Shown: one piece after another, positions 11,101-23,100 of the stretch
How the letters are laid out: each line of letters starts with the position of its first letter
Numbering within the stretch: the stretch's first letter is position 1
From: Podarcis filfolensis
Taxonomy: Eukaryota
DNA length: 64,000 bases
Strand: one strand, 5' to 3'
NCBI GenBank assembly: GCA_964270895.1
Contig: OZ185437.1
Notes under the pieces: generated by a model
What the model was told of the DNA's origin: nothing
Database searches by the model: none
What the model saw: only the letters and a program-made list of their open reading frames with translations
Program-made: the position numbers and the translations under genes

Positions 11101-14100
11101 AAGTGAAAACATTTCTCTATAACCAGGCCTTTAGCTGATTAACATTCTATGGCCCTTTAAATGTTTTTGTGGGAGGGGAGTTGATGGTTGTTGTTTTTAT
11201 GTATTATTGTTCTCTTTTTGTATTTTTATGTTGTGAACCACCCTGTGATCTTTGAATAATGGGTGGTTTACAAATCTAATAAATAAAAATAATAAAAATA
11301 AAATACTGTATATAGAGGAGCAAAAGTTGTGAAATACCTATTTCCAGCCCTTGTTTAGAAGTATTTGGAACTGTTTTCTTTGGCTCCAGCCAAGAACAAT
11401 ATGCTATTCTTAAAACTTTAATTACTGTTCTTGAATGAAACAGACCAAAACGATGTTGAGCTGTAGCAGTGGTTTTTGAATTATCTTCCAAGGAAACCTG
11501 TGAGTTGTTTTCAAAGAGAAGAAGAGCAATAGCAAACAGATCTACCAGAAAGATGGCTGTCTTCCACCAGCAACATTATTTTTATTTTATTTAAAATATT
11601 ACCCTCTCTTCATGGAACGGCAAACCCAAAGCAACAGACATAAAATACACATAATAAAAGATGGCTCAGTTGGCAGAGCATGAGACTCTTAATCTCGGGG
11701 TCACGAGTTTGAGCCCCATGTTGAGTAAAAGATCCTTCCATTGCAGGGGGCTGGACTAGATGACCCTCGTGGTGCCTTCCAACTCTGCAGTTCTATAATT
11801 CTGTGATATCTAACGAAGTCATGGAGAGTAACCGTTAAAATAAATGGATTTAATTTAAGTTCATTGATTTCAGTTGATTTTCTATGATCATGACATCCTC
11901 AACAGCCAAAAGAAACTACTAGAATAATAACAGGCACTAGTGTCTAGCAAACACCGGAGGGAACAGGTATCTCTTCATCAGGTACCAAAAGCTCATAAAT
12001 CTGCATCAGACATACTTTTGAGGGGAGGGTATTCCTCACCTGGGGCACCATCATTGGAAAGACCCAGTGGCGTAGCGTGGGGGGTGCAGGGGGGGCCGGC
12101 CGCACCGGGCGCAACATCTGGGGGTTAGGGTTAGGGGGCGCAAATCCACGGGTTAGGGGGTGCAAATTACTTGCCTTGCCCCGGGTGCTGACAACCCACG
12201 CTACGCCACTGGAAAGACCCTCCCTTGGTTTGCAGAATATTGATATTTACAATGCATTTTAAGGGTACTCTCACCCCAAATTATCTCTAATATGCAGAAG
12301 TTGCATGCTGGATGTACAGGGTCCCTTTAGAGAGAGAATCATGTGGAAGGGTATCTTGATAATAGAAAGCCAGAAAATCCTTAGGTTAACATTATTGAGG
12401 TAGAGTTGTGATTTTAAGATTTAAAGCATGGATGTTCTTGTTCTCCAACTGTCAGCATGACAATGATCTGGGGTATTAGATGACATCACATTGGCTACTC
12501 AAGAGTTAATTGTTTCCTAGGGTTTGACACATGCCGTGGGATGTATTTGATCTTCCCCCTCTTGAAACAGGCTCACATGCCATATGCGAAATTGCTTTTG
12601 GATCTCATATTTAAAGGTGGCTTGCCATGCTGCATCCTTGAGAACATAGAATTATTTGTGCCATTTTTCGGGAACCTGCTTAACGAGTGTGTTACATAGT
12701 ACAATCCTATGTATGTTTACTTCGAAGTAATAATACCACTTCAATGAGGCATACTCCCAATTCAATTTATAGACTAAATGGCCGAGGTAGCTCATTACAA
12801 TGTTAATGTCTTCTTACAACTTAGTATTTTCTCTCTCTTTCCCTCCCCGCTCCTAACAGCCTGCCTCATCAGGAGATGACAGAGCCATGTGTTTTACGTG
12901 TAGTGTGTGTTTGGTGTGCTGGGAGCCAACAGATGAACCTTGGTGAGAATAAAATATTTGAGATACACTTTTTGCTTTCTATTACAATACTGTACAGTAT
13001 TTTAGATAGGAAACAATATTTGGTCTATGTAGATCTTTAGCTAGTCCAGCTGGTAACGAAACTTAAAACAGATAAAAAGCTTAAAATGTAGCTTTGCATG
13101 TGGTGAACAATACCCATTATTTGTTATTTGTATTTTCTATGTTATCCTTAATAAAAAGTATCTCCCTACTGAGGTGCATCGTTCACATATGTTTATAGTT
13201 TTAGGAAGGCTAGGGCAGGCATTGGGAGGAGAGATCTCATTGCTGCTACTATTAGTAATTGCTTTTTAGTGGTATGTGTTTTCTAAGTATTGTCTTATTC
13301 GTGGGTTTTTATCTTATATACCTGTTGTAAACCACTCTGGCTTGAGCAAAGAGTAGTATATATATTAAATAAATAAATAAATAAATAAATATGCACACAA
13401 ACTTTTAAAATGAGAAAACAGTCATTTGCCAGCAGTACTCATTCTACAGTAATTATTGTAGTGAAAATTGTAGCCATTTTAAGAACAATGTTTTCTCAAA
13501 GCAGACAAGTGCTTCCAATTTATGTATTTTAATATACTTTGTGTGTTAAGGTGCTAAGGATCCTAGCCTGTGTGCATCAAGAAAGTTGATGAGACAAGCT
13601 TATGCTATTGCATTTAAACACTTATTTTTCTAATCCATTAAGGTCTGAACATGAAAGACATTCCCCAAACTGCCCATTTGTGAAAGGCGAGCACACGCAA
13701 AATGTGCCCCTCTCGGTCACGCTGGCAACAAGTCCAGCGCAGTTTCCTTGTACAGATGGCACAGACAGAATAGTCTGCTTTGGATCGGGGAGCTGTCCTC
13801 ACTTTTTAGCTGCTGCAACGAAACGAGGAAAGATCTGTATATGGGATGTTTCAAAACTTATGAAGGTATCTCATATTTTAAGAGTTCTAATGCTAATTTT
13901 GCTAGATGGGGATGTCTTTCTAAATCGCATTATGTTTTTGGATTTGCTTAGGTGCACTTAAAATTTGAGATCAATGCTTATGATCCAGTAATTGTACAAC
14001 AGCTTGTGTTGTCTGGAGAGCAGAGCTCAGGGGTCGACTCAAGAAGACCAACAATAGCATGGATAGAAGATTCATCTAGCTGTTCAGATATACCAAAATT

Positions 14101-17100
14101 GGAAGGAGATAGGTATGCTAAAATTTGCCTCTTTTTAGCCCTGGTTATGCACAAAGAAAATGCTGTTCACAATTTGTTATTGGTATACAGTGTACACAGG
14201 TCCTTCTATAAGAATGCTCATTATCAGAAATCTCGGCACAAATAATTATACCCAAATCTTGCTACACAAACATCTGATTCAGATATCCCAACAGCCAGAG
14301 TTTGCCCACTTTCTTACTTGTTTGTGTTTTCCTGGCTGGTGGCAGCCATTTTGGGCAGAAACCACTGAGGGAGGGAGAGGAATTGACAAATCGGCTAGCA
14401 GGGGAGATTGGATAAATCAGTTTTTCCTTTGTTTGGCTGGAGCAATTTTGGGCAGGAGGGAGAGAGAAGAGGAAAATCACAGATTAGAAACATTCCCATA
14501 GGAAATAATGGAAATCCTTAGCTCCTTATGTGAATGTTTGCCTGGGAACACATTTTGTTTGGAAAATGGGACCTGTGTGTACTTATTTGCTTGAAAATGA
14601 GAGTGGATTTTTGGAACATTGAGAGATCCTTCTAAAACATCCTTTCTTGGGAACGTGAAGCTTTTGTTTTTAATTGTTTTCATTTTCTGATTGGCAAAGA
14701 AAAATGTAATGTCTACAGGAAAAGGTTTCTACTGCAACCCCCCCTTCAATCCAATATTGAAGGCCCTATATCCAATGTGGCCCTATATAGAGGAACTGCT
14801 CTGAAACGAGTGGGAGGAAAGCAATCATCCCCTTCTTTCCGCATTCTGACTATTATCTCCTGTGATACTTCTTTTTCTCACCTACCCCTCTGTCCAGATG
14901 TTTTCCTTTCCCATAACACACTCCCCACCCCCACCCATACATTCTTACTCTCAAGGCTAAGTCTCCCAAAGAGCTCTGAGTGGAGTCTGCTTCTTTCTTG
15001 TAACTAAATCCTTCCCTGATTATTCTGTTCCCCTGGGAGTTTCTCTCCCGTGTTCGTTATTTATGATTTATAGCCTTCTCTTTTACACAATTAATAAACA
15101 TTAATTTTGAAAACGTTGTGAAGTTTTTTTTTAAGAAGTTTAGCGCTAAGCGCTAATGTTAATACATTAAATTGCTGCTTTGGCTTCACCATCTCTGTGA
15201 TCTTTGTCTTGTCTTTAGTGATGATTTACTGGAGGATTCAGACAGTGAAGAGCATTCCAGATCAGAATCAGTGACTGGTAGGCATACAATATCTCTTTGG
15301 TACAGTGCGGAATGTAGGATCACTAGCAGTGAGTGATTTAAGTATACTTAAGTCAGTAAACGGCTAGAATTTTGTATACTGCTTTTCGTAGTAAAATATT
15401 TTGGTTTCTTCCAAACAACTTATTGAACATTCGTCTTAATTTGTTTGGACAAAGTTGCCAGGGAGATTATAAGACATCCATTATTTATTAAATATTCATT
15501 CTGATTTGTGGGGAGATATCCTGGTGTCATGTGAAGCAATTGTTATCCCTCATCTTCCTGTGTATTTTCCTTTCACCTACCTTTCTGCAAAAATAAAAAC
15601 GATAGAGGCTTATTGCATCTGATTTCACATGCAAAATAGTGACAGTCTGGAAGAGCCATTTGAATTTACATTTAACAAGTTGTAATATTTTGTGGATGAA
15701 TTGGGCTCAGATGAGGGATGATCCTTTCAGCAGTGTAGGAGCAATCTCCAAAGCTGCTGAAAGGATCTTTCTCCCAGCCTGGGCTGGCTGGGGGCTAAGT
15801 TACATTGTTTTTCTCTGACAAAATATGCAAAATATCCAATCTCCATTGCTGCAGATGGGGGAAGCAGAGGGCCATTGTAAACCTTACTGTTTTATTTATG
15901 GTGGGAGAGGCAAACTGTCTTACCTTGCTCCCTTTACAAGTGAGACCCCTGAAATAGCCCCCCCACACCTCGTTTTAGCAGTAGAGACAGTAATACTACC
16001 AATATTTGCATGCTTGTCCCATCTTAATGTATTGGAGGTGGGGGGAAATGCTAGCCAGAGTTAAAAGCTTTAAGTCTTCTCCCTATATTTGCAAAGAGGG
16101 GTTGATTGTGCAAGCATGAGACTAGTGCTGGCTCATTTGGGTCAAAACAAACCATAATTTGTTGTTACATCTGAACTGGGCCTATATTTGTTCTATAAAA
16201 ATGTGTATCATACAGGCAAAATTCCAGGGAACTAGGCTTAGATGCGATACCCTGTTGAGCAGGGGTCGGCAAGACTTACCTTGCCTGGGCCGGTACACTG
16301 CCGCAGAGCCCCCTCCATGGGCTGGATCACGGGCGCAGGCCCGCAATTTCCAACGTCTGCGCAGATGCGATTTCCGGCATCTGCATATGTGCAGACATGA
16401 TTTACAGTGTCTGTGCATGTGCAGACGTGATTTCTGGCGCCAAGAAAGCGAATCCCCTGCCGTGCTGTGCTGGTTTAGCGCAGTGCACAGGGGCTCACTG
16501 AGCGGGCGGCGCGGTTCAGGGGTAGCTCGTGGGCCAGTAAAATGACCCCTGTGGGCCGCTTAGGTTGGCGATCCCTGCTGTTGAGTATACTGCTGGGAGC
16601 AACCCAGGGTTTGCTCCTGAGAAATCTGTGAAACAGCCTTAAAATATGCTACTTTGACTGATTTCCGTAGGATGCTATCTTGTCATTGATTGAAGATGCC
16701 AGATAATTGATTCTGCTAGGCTTTATGATAGGATTTTCATAATTTCTCATGTAGCTATAAATTTTTATTTTTGTCTAACCCTGGTTTCTTTATCCCAAAG
16801 GACATACATCACAAAAGGAAACCATGGAAGTGAGCCTTGATATAACAGCCCTCAGCATTCTTCAGCAGCCTGAGAAACTTCAGTGGGAAATAGTTGCAAA
16901 TGCACTTGAAGATACAGTGAAAGACTTAGAAGAACTTGGGGCAAATCCTTGCCTAAGTAACTGTAAGAGTGAAAAGATGAAGGAGAAGCATCTGGAACAC
17001 CACAACATTCCCTTTCCTTGTTTGTTAGCTGGAGGTTTATTAACATACAAATCACCTGCTACCTCTCCTGTTAGTAGTCATTCTCAGAGGTCACTGGAAG

Positions 17101-20100
17101 ATTTAAGCAGGACTCAAGGTGGTAGTGTATCAGACCAGGGATCAACTGACAATGAATCCTGTACTAATTCAGAACTGAATTCTCCTCTGGTAAGGAGGAC
17201 TTTACCTATATTGCTGCTTTACAGCATTAAGGAATCTGATGAAAAAGCAGGAAAAATCTTTTCACAGATGAACAATATCATGAGTAAAAGTTTACATGAT
17301 GATGGTTTTACAGTTCCACAGATCATAGAGATGGAGCTGGATAGTCAGGAGCAATTGCTGTTGCAGGATCCTCCTGTGACATATATTCAGCAGTTTGCAG
17401 ATGCAACAGCTAGCCTAACTTCTCCAGACTCTGACAAGTGGAGCTCTATGGTTCCTAAGCCTGGGACTTTGGTTCAGTGCCTACGGCTGCCAAAGTTTGC
17501 AGAGGAGGAGAACTTTTGTGTAGATTCAATCACTCCTTGTGCAGATGGAGTTCATTTGTTAATAGGACTGCGGGCATGCCCTGTTGAATCCCTGAGTGCA
17601 ATAAATCAAGTAGAGGCCTTGAATAATTTAAATAAATTAAACTCGGCACTATGTAATAGAAGAAAAGGAGAGCTAGAATCCAGCCTTGCTGTAGTGAATG
17701 GTGCAAATATTGGTATGATCCAGAATGAGTCACCAGCAGATGTTCAGACGCCTTTAATAATTCAACCGGAGCAGCGGAATGCTAGTGGTGGTTACCTAGT
17801 ACTTTACAAAATGAACTATGCCACTCGGATTGTGACTCTTGAAGAGGAACCCATAAAAATCCAACATATCAAAGACCCACAGGATACCATTACCTCATTG
17901 ATTTTGCTCCCACCAGACATTTTGGATAATCGAGAAGATGACTGTGAGGAGCCCACAGAGGAAATACAAATAACTTCTAAGAATGGCAGCGAGAGAGAGA
18001 AAAGATCAGAAATTTCTACTCTTGGGCATCTGGTAATAACCACTCAGGGAGGATATGTAAAAATATTAGATCTTTCAAACTTTGAAATTCTGGCCAAAGT
18101 GGAGCCGCCTAAAAAGGAGGGTACCGAGGAACCAGATAAATTTGTCTCTGTAATATACTGCTCGGGTACAGATAGACTCTGTGCATGCACCAAAGGTAAG
18201 ATCTTTATTCAGTTCTTTAATCAAATCTGTAAAGTCAAAATGCAGCACATAATGTGCTGGGGTACTATGTTCCTTATTTACATTTAAAAGGCTTCTAATA
18301 GGCGTCCATCATCTCCCTGCTGTGTTGTTAATCATTCTTTTAAAAGACCGAGGCCCAATTCCGACATCAGTTTCTGCTAACCTTTGATTAGATCCCAAAC
18401 TCTGGTTTGAGCTTCCAAAATATATTGATAATTCATGCCTTAAAATTGCTTTCTTTCTCTTTCCCTCTGCTCAGCAGTCCAGTTCTCTAGATGCACTGGA
18501 GTCCAAAAGTGGAGCATGTATGCTTTGCCAATTTAGACATGCCCTACTATATTTAGGTTTCCTTTGCCATGACATCTCCATTAATCTGTAATCTTTTACT
18601 GTTGTAGATTTTTATGTCTTCTTCTTTGGCGATCACTCGTAGCCGAGTAAGATTGTCTTCCATAAACACGATTTTAACAATGAGTCCGTAAGTGACTGTG
18701 GAGGCCAATTCTGGATCCACACGTCCTTCCACAGTGGGGACACAATAGTAGACAACAATGGGAGTTGTAGGCGAAAACATCGGGGGGGGGGGAATACCCC
18801 GGCATGAAAACTAGTTATTAGTTATTATTTGGATGAGTAAGTGTTTTGAAGTTCAATTTGAGGTCATGCAGAATTGAATTTCTTGCTTTCTAAATGGTTA
18901 ATGCACTGGGTTAGCAGTTTAGCAGGAAACATTTGGATAGTGGTTTGGTTATTACTAGCGGGTTGTATACATAGTTGTGTGTGTAGCAGGGCTGACAGAA
19001 GGAGATTTCACCCCCCACTCACTGCAGGGGTGATTTCAGTTCCCCTCCCATGCGGCTGGGGGACCCAGATGAATGGATGGGCTGTGGCATGGTGTTCTCA
19101 GGGGAAGGAGCCACCACAGGAACTATTCCCAGAGAAAACTATTGATAGCGGGGGTTCTACTCATAAGCCACAGCCCACCCATACAGCAGTGTACCTTGGC
19201 CCTTATAGAATATTTCTGAGGGGCTGTCATGGAGAGGAATGGCTATGAAATAAGTTTCTGCCAGCCTCTTTGCATATGCCTAACGCTCGATCCAATCCAT
19301 AAATTTTTTAATGGGGTTTTCCTGACATGTACCATGAAAATGGATACACAAGTATCTGACATACTGTGCAATATTAGTTCCCATATGTACTAGAAGGAAA
19401 AGCTTGTATTCTCCCTATAGTGAGCGTGTCTTAAACTGAATATGATGAACAAGACCTCACGGTTTGCCGCTCCTTTCGTGCAAGCCAGGAAACATACTGG
19501 GAAGTCTTCAGTTAACAAGAGACTCCCATTTTGATTTGAAACCATGGCTTGTTCAGAAATCATTAGCTATGGTTTCCTGATTTGGACATAATGAGAGACT
19601 ATAATTACATAAAGACTTGTAGGCTTCTCTCCCCATTTGTGCAAAGGGAGAAGTGGCTGCATGCAAGTATACAAGGCTCAATTATATCTTAGCTTCTTAA
19701 GATGAGATATGGTTGTCCAAACATGATCTTTTTATCAAGCAAATCTTAGCTTCAAACGAAGTGAGTTAGTAGGACAAAGGAGGAAATAATTTGCAAAATG
19801 AAATGGGAAAACCCTGACAAGAACCCACTAACGATTTCTTCTTAGTGTTTGCAAATAGAATGTTGAAGGAACAACAGAGATAATACTGCATTGCATGGTC
19901 CTTTGAATTTATAAGGGTTTTTTTAATAAGCAGAATACTGTCAGTCTATAAAACTACATTTCTGCCAGTTGTATTATGTGTGCAACCCTAAGCTTAATCT
20001 AAGAGGCTCTTGCCCCTTTATGGTATTTCAAAGCTTATGTATATTTGCTAACCTGATTTTTCTGGTAAGGTGCAGAGCTGTGAAGCAGGAAATAGATGCT

Positions 20101-23100
20101 TGGTGATTTGTTCTCCATTTTTGGCTGAAATTCTGACATGTAATAGAGACTTCACAATTCCCTGCCCCTCCCCAAAGTTCTTAAATTTCCACCCAATTGA
20201 TTAATTGCTTTATTGTTTATTTTATAGTAACATTTTGAATGTATACAGAGATTGCTAATGCTTTTCTAATGTGCTTGCTTTTGGCAAATCAATCCCACTT
20301 GAAATATACCTTTCTTAATGGGGTTTGTGTGTGTTTTTGTTTGTGTGTGTAAATGCTGCAGAACAATGACGAATTTCTTTTAACTGATACCAGTTGCTTC
20401 CAGTTTAATAATCAGAATACTTGATTATGCCAGACTTTAGAGTCAAAGCAACTGTTGTGAGGTTGACAGTTTAGGGAGTTGGTACATCACCAGCTTTGAA
20501 AGGATCCTAAGCAAGGGAAATAGTAAAATCCCTGGCGTTAGCCTTTAAAAAGGAAGAGTATTGTGTTCTAATGTGTTGTTCCCATTCCCCCTGCCTCACT
20601 GAGGACATCTGCCAAGGGTATTATAAGAGCAAAAATAGGAACTTCTTCATTAAAAATCATATGGGAAGGAACTGAATAGAAGTATTGATGCCACTTCATT
20701 AAACATTATAGATTTATGTACTATGCCATTCTAGTAACTTCATCTCAAGGAGGATACCACAGAGCAGAGAGAAGTAAACAAGTGAATGAAGTTTCAATCC
20801 CTTTATTATGGGGAATGGCTTATCACCATAAACAAAACTTTAACTGAGTTGTTCTGTCTAGCTGTGAAGGTTATTCTGATAAGTAGTTCATAATAGCACG
20901 AGTGAGGTAGGTGTTCAGTATGACAAAAGTTTCATTTTCATTTTTTCATCACCAGTATTTTAAGAACCCTGGTGTTTGTGTTCCCTTTATTGCTCAACAG
21001 CTGCTAGAAATACCTTGCTTGCTGTATTTTACCACAGATCTATTTAGTTAAGAACTCTGTGGCCAACCAGATGACTTGGGGCCAAGGTGGAGAACCAGGT
21101 ATGCAACAAAGGAAGTATCTTTGCAGCTGTGACTTGAAGTTAAGCCACAGCTGAAAAGATCCATGCTGAAAGCAGGGCTTGCAGTGGGTACTAAATTTAC
21201 ATTCAGCACAGCTGCAAACCCTGGAAACTTCTTAGTGGGGATGATGATCTCAGTGGGGCTTGCACTTGGCACTGAATTTACATTTAGTCAGTGTTTGAAA
21301 CTCCCATTGTTCTGGGTGTATTTTGTGACAGGGAATTTCATTAGTGCGAACAGTTTCTGAGCTCTGGGCGCAGTACTGTGCCTAAGATTTCAGATTAAAA
21401 CTGCAGAGTGGAAGGAAAGGAGGACCTTTTTCTGCCTCCCCACTTCCAGCTACTCTCTGAAGACTGGAGATGAGCCCCTCTTAAGAATATCAGGGGGTGG
21501 GCAGGGGAACGACTGGACCATGTGAAAAATGAACATAATATTTTAGCTGCAGCTCATTCATTTTCAGCTTTGTATTCTTGTTATAAAAAAGTGCCTAGAC
21601 ATTCCGTTGTTGTGCCCATAACCTAGGCTTAAGGTGCCATTTAGCTCCTAGCTTTCATATCTCAGTTTCTAATACTAAATTTAGTGCTGACGGCCACCTT
21701 GCTTTATGACAGAGGAACAGTCAAGGATCCATTCAAAGCAACTTGACCTGCTTCACACTTGAAGTCATATAATGTCAGGTGTGGGGTAGGTGAGCATGAC
21801 TGTGGTGAAGCAGCCTTGCAGGCCAAATTAAGATACCTAATGGGCTAAATTAGACCTGTGGGTCATACATTCCTGATCTCTGTCTTATGGAAGTGTAGCA
21901 GCAGGGCAAGTAATGGTATCTTTTCCCTGTTTGACTGCAGTTTCTGGTAAATGGAAGTATATCTTCTCTGAACTCAGAGGTTCTATGCTTGAGAAACTTG
22001 TTTTTTCCTTTTTGTATTTGTCAATACTTGGAAATTCAGTCAAAGCAATTTGAAAAACCAGCAACTCAGAGATTCTATTTAGCTACCGTGACTAATACTG
22101 GTTGAAAACTCCACCATCCATGAATTTACCTAATTCTTAAAAAGTCGCTGAAGCTAATGGCTACCAGTACTTTTTTCATAACAGAGCAACTGGATCACTG
22201 TGTTGTTCTAGGTGACTGCTAAAAACTAGTCTGTTTCAAAAAGCATTTTGTTCTCTCTTTGCTGGTTTATCTTTGGTGTCTTCCTTTCAATGCTATTTTG
22301 GTTTTTGCTTTGGAAGCTGGACTTTCGTGTTAACATTTGTGATTTGTCAGTATTGGTGATTTTAATGGGAATTTGATTTTGTTTGTGTTGCGAATTTTAA
22401 GCTGCCTTGTATGTCTTCTAAAATTAGGCCAGGGGTGTCTAAAAATAAAATGTTAAGTGCAATATGCAGATACATTTAGAAAAGAATTTTAATGTTATTA
22501 GTGAGTTTGCGGTTGAGAACAGTGTTATGCTAAATAAATGTATCTTAACTTGTGTTTTAATTGACAACTGTTCTCAGGTGGAGAACTTCATTTCCTCCAG
22601 ATTGGAGGGACTTGTGATGATGTTGATGAAGCTGATATACTTGTGGATGCATCTCTCTCTAAAGTGGCAGAGCAGTTAACAGAAGGCACAAAACCTTTAT
22701 CTAATCCTTCCAGTCCAGGCATTACAGGTAAACTATTTTGAGATGTTGTTGTTGTTGTTTACCAACAAGCAGTATATAAATTTTATGAAATAAGTATTTA
22801 GTAAGGGGTTTTATTTGAAGCATGCTTTAATGGTGCATTTTGCAAATGTTAACCATCAAACTAAATTCACTTCTGCATTGTGTAACAAACACATTCTTGA
22901 AGTCTGTCTAAATTAAGCTATATTGTGTGATTATTTTGTAGAACTGTGCTATCAAGTCAGATTTTTTTTTAAACAAGGGTGGTATCCATTGGTGACCATC
23001 CACTGATGAAAGCAGTCCGTCAGTGGAATGAGCAGGGAACCAATTTTTTGCATCTGCCTCTCCCTGAATGGCTCAAATCTGCTCTGGGGCATCCTCCAGT

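Larger units (their letters stand above)
10499..13682 (+). other. BIRC6: BIR (baculovirus IAP repeat) zinc-binding domain encoded across exons 5-7
   Basis: Spliced peptide has R..TF..WP, AQAGF, and the C-x2-C...H-x6-C ligand set (CFTC...SEHERHSPNC), the established BIR signature. Confidence 0.95.

Noticed and set aside
11660-11735. tRNA-Lys-like sequence (also 50315-50390, 32191-32260, 6549-6600) as tRNA genes
   Set aside because: Degenerate stems, and each continues into SINE body or LINE-derived tail; these are SINE heads
13866-13951. 86-nt intron 7 starting GTATCT as a U12-type intron
   Set aside because: The donor is gtatctca, not GTATCCTT, and there is no TCCTTAAC branch box; it is an ordinary short U2 intron, and retention is out of frame
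18196-18287. Exon 10 ORF read-through as an alternative terminal exon
   Set aside because: Only ~30 codons of intronic read-through and no clear AATAAA/ATTAAA shortly downstream; unsupported without 3'-end data
18553-18780. 75-aa minus ORF with a faint cadherin-like look (DPELASTVTYGL, LRVIAKE)
   Set aside because: Motif spacing is wrong, and the segment is better explained in another frame as an RTE zinc-finger terminus
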